A stretch of 64,000 nt of DNA from an uncultured Actinomycetota bacterium (GTDB taxonomy: Bacteria > Actinomycetota > UBA4738 > HRBIN12): the NCBI GenBank assembly GCA_963724415.1, contig CAVRUS010000005.1, positions 143,945 through 207,944 of the forward strand. Reading direction: 5' to 3'. Of this stretch, positions 1-12,633 are shown in pieces; within the stretch, counting starts at the first letter, position 1; every line of letters starts with the position of its first letter. Below the pieces are notes generated by a model. The model was given only the letters and a program-made list of their open reading frames with translations, was not told the DNA's origin and ran no database searches. A program made the translations under genes and the position numbers.

Positions 1-417
1 GCCGTCGTCGTGGGGTTCGATCGCGGCGTTACGTACACGAAGCTGAAGGACGCCTCGGTCCTCGTGGCGCGCGGGGTCCCGCTGATCGCGTCGAACGCCG
101 ACGCGTCCTTCCCCGCCCCCGGAGGTGAGGCGTGGCCCGGTGCCGGCGCCCTCGTCGCGGCGATCCAGACGACCACGGGCGCGACGGCGGAGCTGATCGG
201 CAAGCCGGAGGCACCGCTCCTCGAGCTCGCGCTCGACGCGGCGGGTGGGGGACGCCCGCTCGTGGTGGGCGACCGCCTGGACACCGACGTCGCGGGCGCG
301 GCTCGACTCGGCTGGGACTCGGTGCTCGTGCTCACGGGTTCGACCCGGCGCGAGGCCGTGGGGCGATCCGACTGGAAGCCCACCTTCATCGTGGACAGCG
401 TGGCCGACCTGGTCTGA
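1..417 (+). CDS. HAD-IIA (NagD-like) family hydrolase, C-terminal part; the 5' end lies outside the window
   Basis: The frame is open from base 1. The translation contains GKPEAPLLELAL and VVGDRLDTDVAGAARLGWDSVLVLTGS, the HAD motif III/IV region. It sits upstream of tlyA, as in mycobacteria. Confidence 0.75.
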   Translation, partial: AVVVGFDRGVTYTKLKDASVLVARGVPLIASNADASFPAPGGEAWPGAGALVAAIQTTTGATAELIGKPEAPLLELALDAAGGGRPLVVGDRLDTDVAGAARLGWDSVLVLTGSTRREAVGRSDWKPTFIVDSVADLV

Positions 418-482
418 GCGGTCCTCGCCCAGGTGGCGCGGGGTATCCTGCGTCCACGACCGCGAACGGAAGGACAGATCCC

Positions 483-866
483 ATGGTGCTCGACGACGTC
501 AGGAAAGCGCTCGAATCGATGATCGGCCTCACGCCGGCCAAGGCTCAGGAGCTCGCGAAGCGCTACCTGGAGCCTGGCGCGGCGAAGGATCAGGTGGCGA
601 AGACCGCGAGCGACCTGTTGCGCGTGCAACAGCGCCTCCGGGACGCGGTCAAGAAAGAGGTCACCTCGCAGATCAAGTCGATGGGAGCGGCGACGCAGGA
701 CGACCTCGACGCGCTCCGCAAGCGGGTGCGCGATCTCGAGCGGCGCGCCGGGATGACCGCGTCCGGCCGGAAGAAGACCGCCGCCCGGAAGAAGACCGCC
801 GCGAAGCGGACGTCGGGCTCCGGGACGTCGTCCTCGACCGCCGCCGGGTCGTCGGCCTCGTCCTGA
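483..866 (+). CDS. Hypothetical coiled-coil protein with a Lys/Ser-rich tail (phasin-like)
   Basis: ATG at 483 inside ORF 132..866. The helical heptad-like sequence MVLDDVRKALESMIGLTPAKAQELAKRYLE is followed by KKTAARKKTAAKRTSGSG. GC3 is high. It sits just upstream of tlyA. Confidence 0.55.
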   Translation: MVLDDVRKALESMIGLTPAKAQELAKRYLEPGAAKDQVAKTASDLLRVQQRLRDAVKKEVTSQIKSMGAATQDDLDALRKRVRDLERRAGMTASGRKKTAARKKTAAKRTSGSGTSSSTAAGSSASS

Positions 867-873
867 CCGACCC

Positions 874-1671
874 GTGGGCCGACGCCCCCTCGACGCCGAG
901 CTCGTGCGTCGCGGGCTGGCCGGGAACCGAGCGGAGGCGCAGGAAGCGGTCCGGACCGGACAGGTGACGGTGCGAGGCGCGCCGGCCACCAAGAGCACGA
1001 CGCTCGTGGGTGCCGATGAGGCGCTCGCCCTGCGGGGACCGGCTCGCCCCTTCGTTTCCCGCGGCGGGGCGAAGCTCGCCGCCGCCCTCGAATCGTTCGC
1101 GGTCGATCCATCCGGTCGTGACTGCCTGGACGCGGGGGCGTCGACCGGCGGATTCACCGATTGCCTGCTCCAGCGTGGCGCCCGTCACGTCCTCGCCATC
1201 GACGTCGGCTACGGCCAGCTCGCCTGGGCGCTGCGAACGGACCCGCGCGTCACCGTCCTCGACCGGACGAACGCCCGGGACCTGGACCCCACCACCCTCC
1301 CGTTCCGCCCGTCGCTCGTCACAGCGGACCTGTCGTTCATCTCTCTGCGCTCGGTGCTCGGTCCGCTGGTCTCGGCGGCGGATCCGCACGCCGATCTCGT
1401 GCTCCTCATCAAGCCCCAGTTCGAGGCCGGTCGCGACGAGGTCCGGTCGGGCGGCGTGGTCACGGATCCGGCGGTCTGGCGTCGCGCGATCCAGGAGGTC
1501 GCCGCGGCGGGAGCCGCGGCCGGCGCGCCGGCCGCGGCCGTGACCGCCTCGCCGATCACCGGCCCCGCCGGGAACGCCGAGTTCCTGTTGCACGCTCGGG
1601 TCGGCGGCGGACCGGCTCCGCTCGACGTCGACCGCGCGATCACCGCCGCTCGGGGGCTGGTGGGCGCGTGA
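874..1671 (+). CDS. tlyA: TlyA family rRNA (cytidine-2'-O)-methyltransferase
   Basis: S4-like N-terminus (RLDAELVRRGLAGNRAEAQEAVRTGQVTV), FVSRGGAKLAAAL, and the SAM motif LDAGASTGGFTDCLLQRGA. Confidence 0.9.
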   Translation: MGRRPLDAELVRRGLAGNRAEAQEAVRTGQVTVRGAPATKSTTLVGADEALALRGPARPFVSRGGAKLAAALESFAVDPSGRDCLDAGASTGGFTDCLLQRGARHVLAIDVGYGQLAWALRTDPRVTVLDRTNARDLDPTTLPFRPSLVTADLSFISLRSVLGPLVSAADPHADLVLLIKPQFEAGRDEVRSGGVVTDPAVWRRAIQEVAAAGAAAGAPAAAVTASPITGPAGNAEFLLHARVGGGPAPLDVDRAITAARGLVGA

Positions 1672-2528
1672 GCCTCGTCGCCTTCGTCGTGCACGAGGGT
1701 CGCGCGACCGCCGTCGACACGGCGGAGACGCTCCGCCGCGACCTGGAGGCGGAGTCGGTGGGGACACGGATCGCTCGGACCCCCGACGACGTGCGGGAGG
1801 ATCGCCCGGACCTGGTGGTCTCCGTCGGTGGCGACGGCACGTTCCTGCGAGCCGCACGCGTGGCCGCCGAGGCGGACTGTCCGGTCCTCGGCGTGAAGGT
1901 GGGACGACTGGGGTTCCTGACGGAGATCGAGCCGGGATCCGGCGCGATCGCGCTGGTACGGGCCGCGCTCGAGGGTCGGGCCCCCGTCGAGGAGCGACTC
2001 GCGGTGATGGCCGAGCCGGCGGACGGGACGCCCTTCCCCGCACAGTGGGCGATGAACGAGATCATGGTCGAGAAGTGGACGCGCCATCGGCTCGTCCGGC
2101 TCGCGGTGCACGTCGGCGACGAGTACATCACGACGTTCTCCGCCGACGGGGTGATCGTGGCGACGCCCACGGGGTCGACGGCCTACTCCTTCTCCGCTCG
2201 CGGACCGATCGTCAGCCCTGGCGTCGCCTGCCTGGTCGTGACCCCGATCGCGGCCCATATGGTATTCGACCGGTCCTTCGTGCTCGGTGCCGATCAGGTC
2301 GTGGTCCTGGAGGTCGTCGGGGACGAGCCCGGGGTGCTGTCCGCCGACGGGCGGGAGGGGATCGAGCTCCCGGTCGGGTCGAGGATCCGGATCCTGGCGG
2401 CGCCGCGGCCGGCGCGCCTCGTCTCGAAAGAGGACGCCCCCGGCTTCCTCACGCGCGTCCGGGACAAGTTCGATCTCCCGGGCGACCCGCCGGGTGGAGG
2501 GGGCCGAGATGTCGGGGGAGGGCACTAG
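1668..2528 (+). CDS. nadK: NAD(+) kinase
   Basis: GTG at 1668 overlaps the tlyA stop (GTGA). Contains DLVVSVGGDGTFLRAAR, LGVKVGRLGFLTE and ATPTGSTAYSFSARGPIV. Confidence 0.9.
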   Translation: MSLVAFVVHEGRATAVDTAETLRRDLEAESVGTRIARTPDDVREDRPDLVVSVGGDGTFLRAARVAAEADCPVLGVKVGRLGFLTEIEPGSGAIALVRAALEGRAPVEERLAVMAEPADGTPFPAQWAMNEIMVEKWTRHRLVRLAVHVGDEYITTFSADGVIVATPTGSTAYSFSARGPIVSPGVACLVVTPIAAHMVFDRSFVLGADQVVVLEVVGDEPGVLSADGREGIELPVGSRIRILAAPRPARLVSKEDAPGFLTRVRDKFDLPGDPPGGGGRDVGGGH

Positions 2529-4215
2529 CATCCCGAGTGTGCTGCGCGAGCTCCACATCAGCGGCCTCGGGGTGATCGCCGACCTCGACCTGGAGCTCGC
2601 CCCGGGCCTGAATGTGCTCACCGGCGAGACCGGCGCCGGGAAGACGATGGTGACCGTGGGGTTGCTGCTCGCCCTGGGCGAGCGAGGCTCCGCCTCGCTC
2701 GTCCGCGACGGTGCCCCCGCGGCCCGCGTCCAGGCTCGCTTCGACGCGATCGACGGAGCCGGGGATTGGGCCGAAGACGGCGAGCTGATCCTCGCACGGT
2801 CGATCGGTAAGGACGGACGGTCGACCGCGCGCATCGGTGGGCAGCTGGCGACGGCCTCGGCGCTCGCCGAGCTCGGCGGCGGACTCGTCGAGCACCACGG
2901 ACAGGGGCAGACGCAACGCTTGCTCGCGCCGGCGGTCCAGACGGGCTTCCTCGACCGGTACGCCGGCGACACCCAGCTGGTCGCGCTCGGCGCGTATCGC
3001 GAGGCGTACGAGCGGTTCCGGAGCGTCGCCATCGAGCTCGAGGAGCTGCAGGAGGCCGCGCGGGGGCGGGAGCGAGAACTCGACCTCCTGGCGTACCAGG
3101 TGCGCGAGATCGAGGCCGTTGGGCCGCGCGACGGTGAGACGGAGGAGCTGACCGCCGAGGAGGGCCGGTTGGCGCATGTCGAGGGGTTGATGGAGCGCTC
3201 GTCCGCGGCCGAGCGCGCCCTCACCGGTGAGGACGGCGTCACGGACGCGTCCGCGTCGCTCGCCTCCGTGCTGGACGGGGTGGCAGACCTCGATCCCTCG
3301 GCGGGCGAGGTGGCCGATCGAGCCCGTGGGCTGGCCGCCGAGATCGCGGAGCTCGCGCGCGACGTCCGCACGTACGCCGAGTCGCTCGTGCCCGATCCCG
3401 AGCGGCTGGAGGCGGTCCGGGTGCGGATCGCGGACCTGAAGCAACTGCACCGGAAGTACGGGCCGACCGATGCGGACGTCGCCTCCTTCCTCACGGAGGC
3501 GTCCGATCGGCTCGCGACGCTCGCCGGCGCCGACGACCGCATATCGGAGCTCGAGGGGGAGCTGGCCGCCGCATCGGCCACCTCGGCCGCTCGCGCGGCC
3601 ACCGTGTCCGCGGGACGCGTGCGAGCGGTCCCATCCCTCCAGGAGGCCGTCCGCGCGGAGCTCGAGGAGCTCGGGATGCCCGGCGCCGTCTTCGAAGCTC
3701 GGCTCGTCCCGCTGGACGAGCCCGGCCCCGGGGGTGGCGAGCGCGCCGAGCTCTGGTTCTCGGCATCGCCCGGGCAACCGGCCCGGCCGATCGCGAAGGC
3801 CGCATCCGGCGGTGAGCTCTCCCGGGTGATGTTGGGGTGCCGGAGCGTGCTGGCCGACCTCGACGAGATCGGCACCCTGGTGTTCGACGAGGTCGATGCG
3901 GGGATCGGCGGCCAGGCCGGACTTGCCGTGGGGCGGCGTCTCGCCCGTCTCGCAGGTGGACGTCAGGTGCTGGTCGTGACCCACCTGCCGCAGATCGCGT
4001 GCTTCGCGGACCGGCACCTCCGCGTGACCAAGGATGGAGGCACCGCGTCCGTCGAGCGCCTCGAGGGCACGGCTCGCACGGAGGAGCTCTCCCGGATGCT
4101 GGCGGGGCTCCCTGGCAGCGAGAGCGCGGTCACCCACGCTGAGGAGCTCCTCGCCGAGGCGGATCGGCTCCGCGATGGATCCACACGGCTCCGCGGGGCC
4201 GGCGCCGTCACCTGA
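2509..4215 (+). CDS. recN: DNA repair protein RecN
   Basis: LRELHISGLGVIADLDLELAPGLNVLTGETGAGKTM (Walker A), long coiled-coil middle, C-terminal ASGGELSRVMLG and VFDEVDAGIGG. ATG 2509 has a GGAGG Shine-Dalgarno upstream. GTG 2539 is an alternative start. Confidence 0.9.
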   Translation: MSGEGTSIPSVLRELHISGLGVIADLDLELAPGLNVLTGETGAGKTMVTVGLLLALGERGSASLVRDGAPAARVQARFDAIDGAGDWAEDGELILARSIGKDGRSTARIGGQLATASALAELGGGLVEHHGQGQTQRLLAPAVQTGFLDRYAGDTQLVALGAYREAYERFRSVAIELEELQEAARGRERELDLLAYQVREIEAVGPRDGETEELTAEEGRLAHVEGLMERSSAAERALTGEDGVTDASASLASVLDGVADLDPSAGEVADRARGLAAEIAELARDVRTYAESLVPDPERLEAVRVRIADLKQLHRKYGPTDADVASFLTEASDRLATLAGADDRISELEGELAAASATSAARAATVSAGRVRAVPSLQEAVRAELEELGMPGAVFEARLVPLDEPGPGGGERAELWFSASPGQPARPIAKAASGGELSRVMLGCRSVLADLDEIGTLVFDEVDAGIGGQAGLAVGRRLARLAGGRQVLVVTHLPQIACFADRHLRVTKDGGTASVERLEGTARTEELSRMLAGLPGSESAVTHAEELLAEADRLRDGSTRLRGAGAVT

Positions 4216-4283
4216 GGCCCGCTCTGGGCTACCCTCGGAGCCGCCGAGGACGGCCGGGACGGTCCGGGCCGGGGAAGGATCCA

Positions 4284-5471
4284 CTGGCTTCCAAGCTGCT
4301 TCGCATCCGCTCCTCTCGCACCCGTCAGCCGGGGGGCAGGGCTCGGATCGACCGCCGCACGAAGGAGCTCGTCGGTCGGATCGAGCCCGGTGACGTGGCC
4401 GTGATCGACCACGAGGATCTCGACCGGGTCGCAGCCGAGGCGCTCGTGCGCGTGGGCGTCTCCGCCGTGGTGAACGCCGCGCCATCGATCAGCGGCCGCT
4501 ACCCGAACCTCGGACCGATGATCCTCGAGGAGGCCGGGGTGCCCCTCGTCGACGGCGTCGGTGACCTCGTGCTCCAGAAGATCCGCGAGGGCGATCCCGT
4601 TCGCCTCGAGCACGATCGGATCTTCTCCAGGGATCGGCTCATGGGCGTCGGCGTGCGGCAGGACCGCGGTTCGATCCTCCAGGCGATGGAATCGGCGCGC
4701 GAGGCCGTGGACGAGCGCTTCGAGGCCTTCGCGCGGAACACCTTGGAGTACATGCATGAGGAACGCGACCTGCTGTTCGGTGGCGCCGGCCTGCCGGAGC
4801 TCAGCCACGAGCTCGCCGGACGGCACGTCCTGGTCGTGGTGCGCGGGTACGGGTACCGCGAGGACCTGGCGGCGCTCCGTTCCTACATCCGCGACGTCCG
4901 GCCCGTCCTCGTCGGGGTGGACGGCGGCGCGGACGCGCTGCTCGACGCGGGCTATGTCCCGGACGTCGTGATCGGCGACATGGACAGCATCTCGGACCGA
5001 GCGCTCGACCTGATCCGTCGGCCGCGGCGAGCAGCGACGGAGATCGTCCTCCATGCCTACCCCGACGGCCGCGCGCCCGGGCGTGCCCGTTTGGAGCGGC
5101 TCGGGATACCGCACGTCGAGGTGCGCTCGGCGGGCACGAGCGAAGACGTCGCGTTCCTCCTCGCCCACGAGCGGCGAGCGGAGCTCATCGTTGCCGTCGG
5201 TACGCACGGGAACCTCCGGGAGTTCCTGGACAAGGGTCGCCCGGGGATGTCCTCGACGTTCCTGGTCCGCTTGCGCGTGGGAGAGATCCTGGTGGACGCG
5301 AAAGGGGTGGCCCGCTTGTACCCGAGCCGGGCGCGCGTTTGGGACGTCGCGATCCTCGTCGGAGCCGTGCTCATCACGTTCGGCCTGATGCTCGTCGCGT
5401 CACGGGGGCTGCGTCTCTACGTTGACCAGACGCTCGACGACTTCGTGGACCTGCTGCAGGGGATCCTGTGA
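4284..5471 (+). CDS. steA: Putative cytokinetic ring protein SteA
   Basis: ARIDRRTKELVGRIEPGDVAVIDHEDLDRVAAEAL is the conserved SteA N-terminus. The first in-frame ATG/GTG is at 4395, inside this conserved block, so I propose the start at CTG 4284, which is preceded by GGAAGGA. The 395 aa length fits the family. The start codon remains uncertain. Confidence 0.65.
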   Translation: MASKLLRIRSSRTRQPGGRARIDRRTKELVGRIEPGDVAVIDHEDLDRVAAEALVRVGVSAVVNAAPSISGRYPNLGPMILEEAGVPLVDGVGDLVLQKIREGDPVRLEHDRIFSRDRLMGVGVRQDRGSILQAMESAREAVDERFEAFARNTLEYMHEERDLLFGGAGLPELSHELAGRHVLVVVRGYGYREDLAALRSYIRDVRPVLVGVDGGADALLDAGYVPDVVIGDMDSISDRALDLIRRPRRAATEIVLHAYPDGRAPGRARLERLGIPHVEVRSAGTSEDVAFLLAHERRAELIVAVGTHGNLREFLDKGRPGMSSTFLVRLRVGEILVDAKGVARLYPSRARVWDVAILVGAVLITFGLMLVASRGLRLYVDQTLDDFVDLLQGIL

Positions 5472-6409
5472 TCTCCTGGCGGTACCACGTCGTCTCGATC
5501 GTGGCGGTGATCCTCGCGTTCGGGCTCGGGATCCTGGCGGGGACATCGGTCGTCGGGGATCGGTTCGCCCGCGACCTGCAGCTGAACTATGACGAGGCGA
5601 TCGAGGAGCGTGACGCGGCGCTGGACATGGTGGCCCTCCAGCAGGGGTTCGCCGCCGGCCTGCGCCCGACCCTCCGCGACGGTGTGCTCGCCGGCGAGCA
5701 AGCGGTGGTGGTCACGGTGGAGGGGATCGACGGCCCTGCCCAGGTCACGGTCGACGAGCTCACCGCGGCAGGCGTCGACGTCCTCGCGACGCTCACGATG
5801 GATCGGCGGCTCACCGACGTGCCCAACGACGACACCGTCGCCGAGATCGAGGAGATCCTCGGCGTCACCGGGTCGGACCCCGGCTCTGTCGCGGCTCGGA
5901 TCGCGGACGCGCTCGCGGTCCGGCTGGCCGTGGGACCGGAAGACGGCACGGACCTCCTCGGCGCGCTCCTCGCCGCGGGTCTCGTCACCGCCGATCGAGA
6001 CCTCGATGAAGACGCCCTTCTGGGCATCGGCGGTATCCGACAGCTCGTCGTGGTCACTGCGGGCGGCCGCACCCTGCCGGATCTCGTCGACCCTGAGTCC
6101 CTCCTCGTCCCGTTCGTCGAACGTCTGGTCCAGCTCGGTACGGCGACGTCGGGTGTCGGGCCGGTCGACGACCCCTACGGCTTCGTCCGATCCCTCCGAG
6201 AGGCGCCCGGTATCCCCGACTGCGCGATGGTCACCGTCGACGACATCGATGTGGAGGCGATCGGCGGGATCACGCTGACGATGGGGATCGAGCGGTTCCT
6301 CGCCGACGAGGACCCGACGTTCCGACCGGGTGGCGACTACGGGTTCGGGGACGATTCGATGATGGTGGTCCCGGGAGCCGACGAGCCTCCGCAGTCCTGT
6401 CTCGGCTGA
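5468..6409 (+). CDS. Copper transporter family protein (MctB-like), N-terminal TM anchor
   Basis: GTG overlaps the steA stop. Starts MISWRYHVVSIVAVILAFGLGILAG, followed by an extracytoplasmic domain. It follows steA, as mctB (Rv1698) does. Confidence 0.6.
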   Translation: MISWRYHVVSIVAVILAFGLGILAGTSVVGDRFARDLQLNYDEAIEERDAALDMVALQQGFAAGLRPTLRDGVLAGEQAVVVTVEGIDGPAQVTVDELTAAGVDVLATLTMDRRLTDVPNDDTVAEIEEILGVTGSDPGSVAARIADALAVRLAVGPEDGTDLLGALLAAGLVTADRDLDEDALLGIGGIRQLVVVTAGGRTLPDLVDPESLLVPFVERLVQLGTATSGVGPVDDPYGFVRSLREAPGIPDCAMVTVDDIDVEAIGGITLTMGIERFLADEDPTFRPGGDYGFGDDSMMVVPGADEPPQSCLG

Positions 6410-7101
6410 TGGAGCGGCAGGTCGTGGCGCTCGTGGCCGCCCACGAGGAATCGGAGCGGATCGCCAGCACGGTGTCCGCGCTGCATGCCCTCGCCGACGA
6501 GGTGGTCGTCATCGACGACGGATCGAGCGACTCGACGAGCTCGGCTGCCCTCCTGGCCGGCGCCACCGTGCTGCGCGCCTCCCGTCGCCGCGGCAAGGGG
6601 CGGGCGATCGAGGAAGCGCTCCTCCGACTGCCTCCCGCCGGTGTGTGGCTCTTCGCGGACGCCGACCTCGCCGACACCGCCGCCCTCCTCGGTCCCGTCG
6701 TGGATGCGGTCCGGGACGGCAGGGCCGACGTGGCGATCGCCGGGTTCCCCAAGCTCGCCGGCGGCGGGTTCGGGATCGTGAAGCGGTTCGCGGCGCAGGC
6801 GATCCGGATCGTCTGCGGGTTCCACGCCCGTGAGCCGCTCTCGGGACAGCGGGCGCTCACGGCCGCGGCGCTCACGGCCGTGCGCCCGCTCGCGCCGGGG
6901 TTCGGGCTCGAGGTGGGGATGACGATCGACGCGGTCCGCGCTGACCTGCGGGTGGTCGAGATCCCGATCGAGGGGTTGGCCCACCGCCCGACGGGACGAG
7001 GGGTGCGCGGATTCGCCCACCGTGCCCGTCAGGGCGTCGACATCGTCCTGGCCGTCGCGGGGCGCGCCGTCCCGAGGCCACGACGACGCCAGAGGCCTTG
7101 A
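6409..7101 (+). CDS. Glycosyltransferase family 2 protein
   Basis: VVALVAAHEESERIASTVSAL...VVVIDDGSSDST and FADADL (DxD) motifs. Confidence 0.75.
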   Translation: MERQVVALVAAHEESERIASTVSALHALADEVVVIDDGSSDSTSSAALLAGATVLRASRRRGKGRAIEEALLRLPPAGVWLFADADLADTAALLGPVVDAVRDGRADVAIAGFPKLAGGGFGIVKRFAAQAIRIVCGFHAREPLSGQRALTAAALTAVRPLAPGFGLEVGMTIDAVRADLRVVEIPIEGLAHRPTGRGVRGFAHRARQGVDIVLAVAGRAVPRPRRRQRP

Positions 7102-7131
7102 TGCACGAGGAGCCTTGATGCTGAGGAGGCC

Positions 7132-9646
<2,515 letters not shown>

Positions 9647-9649
9647 CGG

Positions 9650-10165
9650 GTGGGCGAGCCCACCCGATCGACCCTCCTGTTCCAGGGACGCTGGGTCCGC
9701 GTCGACGAGGAGGAGTGGCCGGGCATCGGCACCTGGGAGGTGTTCCGGCCCGAGGACGCCGCGGCGGTGCTCCCGGTCACGCCGGACGGAGACGTCGTGT
9801 TGGTCCGCCAGTTCCGCGCCGGCGCCCGACGGCCGATCGAGGAGATCCCGGCCGGTCTCCTCGACGTCGAGGGAGAAGACCCGGCCACCTGCGCCGCCCG
9901 CGAGCTGTTCGAGGAGACCGGGTTCCGCCCGGCTTCGCTCGAGCCCCTCGGCGCGATCCACACATCGCCGGGCTCCTCGAGCGAGCTCGTCCATCTGTTC
10001 TTGGCCGGGACCGGTGCAGGACCGGAGCGTGAGCCGGAGGAGGGCATCGAGGTCGTGAGGCGGCCGTTCGCCGATGCCGTCGCGGAGGTGCGCGCGGGCC
10101 GGATCGACGACGCGAAGACGGCCCTCGCGCTGCTCCTCGCCGACGCCCGAATGGCCGCGGGGTAG
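9650..10165 (+). CDS. NUDIX hydrolase (ADP-ribose pyrophosphatase-like)
   Basis: Nudix box EIPAGLLDVEGEDPATCAARELFEETGF. Located after pyrG. Confidence 0.8.
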   Translation: MGEPTRSTLLFQGRWVRVDEEEWPGIGTWEVFRPEDAAAVLPVTPDGDVVLVRQFRAGARRPIEEIPAGLLDVEGEDPATCAARELFEETGFRPASLEPLGAIHTSPGSSSELVHLFLAGTGAGPEREPEEGIEVVRRPFADAVAEVRAGRIDDAKTALALLLADARMAAG

Positions 10166-10193
10166 GCTTTCTCCGAGTCGGAAGGGGCAGGCG

Positions 10194-11315
10194 TTGATCG
10201 TCGGCATCCCCAAAGAGGTGAAGGACAACGAGTACCGCATCGCGGCAACCCCCGAAGGGGTCCGCGAGCTCGTCGATGCCGGACAGACGGTGCTGATCGA
10301 GGAAGGAGCGGGGTTCGGTTCGAGCCTCTCCGAGGAGCGCTACAAGCGGTCCGGCGCGCAGTTCGTCTCGTCCGCCGAAGACGTGTGGCGCGGCTCGGAC
10401 ATGATCCTGAAGGTCAAGGAGCCGATCGCGTCGGAGTACGCCTTGATGCGGGAAGGGCAGATCCTCTTCACGTACCTGCACCTCGCCGCGAATCCCGAGC
10501 TCACACAAGAGCTGATCCGGCGGAAGGTCGAGGCCGTCGCCTACGAGACCGTCCAGCTGCCCGACGGACGCCTCCCGCTCCTCGGGCCGATGAGTGAGGT
10601 TGCCGGGAGGATGGCGCCGCACGTCGCGGCTCGGTTCCTCGAGAAGGAAGCCGGCGGTCGCGGTGTATTGATGGGCGGTGTCTCGGGGGTGCGGCCCGCG
10701 CGCGTGCTCGTCCTGGGTGCCGGGATGGCCGGTGCGAACGCCGCAGGGATCGCCGCAGGGATGGAGGCCGAGGTGATCGTGGTCGACAAGAACCTGGACA
10801 AGCTCCGATTCGTCGACCAGATCTATCGGGGCAGGATCGTCACCCTGATGTCGGACCGGCTCACGCTCGAGCAGCGGGTCCGCGAGGCGGACGCGGTGAT
10901 CGGCAGCGTCCTGCTTCCGGGGGCCAAGGCGCCGGTGATCGTGTCCGAGGAGATGGTGGCGTCGATGAAGCCCGGATCGGTGATCGTCGACATCGCGATC
11001 GACCAGGGCGGTTGCGTCGCCACGTCCCGGATGACGACGCACTCCGATCCCACCTACGTCGTCCACGATGTCGTGCACTACTGCGTCGGCAACATGCCCG
11101 GCGCGGTCCCGAACACCTCCACCTACGCGCTCACGAACGTGACGCTGCCGTACGCGCTGGCCATCGCGGAGAAGGGACTCGAGGAAGCGGTCCGATCCGA
11201 CCCTGTCCTCGCGGGCGGCGTCAACGTCCTCGGGGGCTCGGTCACGAACGAGGGCGTCGCGGAGGCGCACGGGGTGGCCTATGTCCCACTCGGGAACCTG
11301 ATCAACGGGGTGTGA
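10194..11315 (+). CDS. ald: Alanine dehydrogenase
   Basis: TTG 10194 preceded by GAAGGGG. Contains [22 protein letters not shown] and the NAD fold [24 protein letters not shown]. At 373 aa it is typical for Ald. Confidence 0.9.
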   Translation: MIVGIPKEVKDNEYRIAATPEGVRELVDAGQTVLIEEGAGFGSSLSEERYKRSGAQFVSSAEDVWRGSDMILKVKEPIASEYALMREGQILFTYLHLAANPELTQELIRRKVEAVAYETVQLPDGRLPLLGPMSEVAGRMAPHVAARFLEKEAGGRGVLMGGVSGVRPARVLVLGAGMAGANAAGIAAGMEAEVIVVDKNLDKLRFVDQIYRGRIVTLMSDRLTLEQRVREADAVIGSVLLPGAKAPVIVSEEMVASMKPGSVIVDIAIDQGGCVATSRMTTHSDPTYVVHDVVHYCVGNMPGAVPNTSTYALTNVTLPYALAIAEKGLEEAVRSDPVLAGGVNVLGGSVTNEGVAEAHGVAYVPLGNLINGV

Positions 11316-11326
11316 GAGGGGACTCG

Positions 11327-12265
11327 GTGGCCGACGAGCTCGCGGTGGAGGCGGAGCGATTCCTCGACCATCTCACGGTCGAACGAGGGCTCTCGGAGAA
11401 CACGCTCGATGCCTATCGCCGCGACCTGGATCGGTACGTCGGTTTCCTCCGACATCGTGACGTCGTCGACCTCGGTGCCGTCGACGAAGCGACGGTCCGA
11501 TCGTTCGTCGCGTCGCTGTCTGCGTCGACCCACGGCCCCGAGGCGGCCCCGTATCGCGCGAGCTCGGTTGCCCGCACCCTGTCCGCGGTCCGCTCCTTCC
11601 ATCGCTTCTTGGTGCGGGAAGGCGTGACGGATCACGATCCCGCCGCGCGCGTCGCTCCGCCGCGGCTGCCCCGGTCGCTCCCGCGGCCGCTCCCCGTCGA
11701 CGACGTCCGCCGCCTGCTCGAGGCGCCGGACGAGGGCACGCCCGCAGGTCTGCGCGACCGGGCGATCCTCGAGCTGCTCTACGGCTCGGGGCTCCGGATC
11801 TCCGAGCTCACGGGGATGGACGTCGACGACCTGGACCTGGCGGAGGGGAGCCTCCGCGTGCTCGGCAAGGGGGGGAAGGAGCGGGAGGTCCCTCTCGGCT
11901 CGTTCGGTCGCGATGCCGTCGGCGCCTACCTCACGCGCGGCCGCCCCGCGCTGGCCACCGCCGCGAGCCGGGGTGCGCTCTTCCTGAACGCGAGGGGAGG
12001 CCGCCTCTCGCGTCAGAGCTGCGCGAGGCTCCTCGGCCGGTACGTTCGGCTCGCCGGGATCGACCGCCGCGTCACCCTGCACACGCTCCGGCACTCCTTC
12101 GCGACGCATCTCCTCGAAGGGGGTGCCGACGTTCGCGTCGTCCAGGAGCTCCTCGGTCATGCGAGCGTCGCCACGACGCAGATCTACACGCTGGTCACCG
12201 CCCGGCACCTCCGGGAGGTCTACGACGAGTCGCATCCCCGCGCCCGCCGGCGCGTCCGCGCGTGA
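11327..12265 (+). CDS. xerD: Site-specific tyrosine recombinase XerD
   Basis: [23 protein letters not shown], then [38 protein letters not shown] (R..H-x-x-R..Y catalytic region). It is in the housekeeping synteny position. Confidence 0.85.
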   Translation: MADELAVEAERFLDHLTVERGLSENTLDAYRRDLDRYVGFLRHRDVVDLGAVDEATVRSFVASLSASTHGPEAAPYRASSVARTLSAVRSFHRFLVREGVTDHDPAARVAPPRLPRSLPRPLPVDDVRRLLEAPDEGTPAGLRDRAILELLYGSGLRISELTGMDVDDLDLAEGSLRVLGKGGKEREVPLGSFGRDAVGAYLTRGRPALATAASRGALFLNARGGRLSRQSCARLLGRYVRLAGIDRRVTLHTLRHSFATHLLEGGADVRVVQELLGHASVATTQIYTLVTARHLREVYDESHPRARRRVRA

Positions 12266-12633
12266 TGGCGGTCGAGGGATTCGACGAGGCGGCGCTCGCC
12301 CGGCTCCGGGAAGAGCTCGTGCGCCATCGGTCCTTCCTCCGGGCCGAGATCGAGTCGCAGGGCGCGGATCCTGATTCCGACGACGTCGCGTTCGTCGATG
12401 ACGCGGGGTTCGCGGATCGGGGACACAGCACCGGAGAGCGCTCGCAGGTGATCGCCGTGGTGGGCGCGTTGCGCTCGAACCTCCTCGACGTGGAGCGGGC
12501 CGTGTCGAAGATGGACGCGGGGACCTACGGGATCTGCGAGCGGTGCGGCGGGCCGATCGGGCGTGAGCGACTCGAGGCGTTGCCGTGGGCCGCGCTGGGC
12601 ATCGACTGCAAGCAGGAGGCGGGCGGACGGTGA
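12262..12633 (+). CDS. TraR/DksA family C4 zinc-finger protein
   Basis: C-terminal [28 protein letters not shown] after a coiled-coil N-terminus. Confidence 0.7.
   Translation: MMAVEGFDEAALARLREELVRHRSFLRAEIESQGADPDSDDVAFVDDAGFADRGHSTGERSQVIAVVGALRSNLLDVERAVSKMDAGTYGICERCGGPIGRERLEALPWAALGIDCKQEAGGR

Noticed and set aside
1209-3875. Very long antisense or alternative-frame ORFs. Examples are 1209..3875 (minus, 888 aa), 673..2043 (minus), 2449..4485 (minus), 54318..56972 (plus, 884 aa), 38683..40989 (plus, 768 aa), 34841..36709 (plus), 44537..46192 (plus) and 46763..48946 (minus).
   Set aside because: They overlap genes with clear family motifs on the other strand or frame. Their translations are Arg/Pro/Gly/Ala-rich and low in complexity, with no recognisable motifs. 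These are the expected stop-poor shadow frames of a genome with about 70% GC.
11327-12265. The tyrosine recombinase considered as a marker of a prophage or integrative element.
   Set aside because: The sequence and position (after pyrG-NUDIX and ald, before housekeeping nucleoside genes) fit chromosomal XerD. There are no flanking phage genes, direct repeats or compositional shift.
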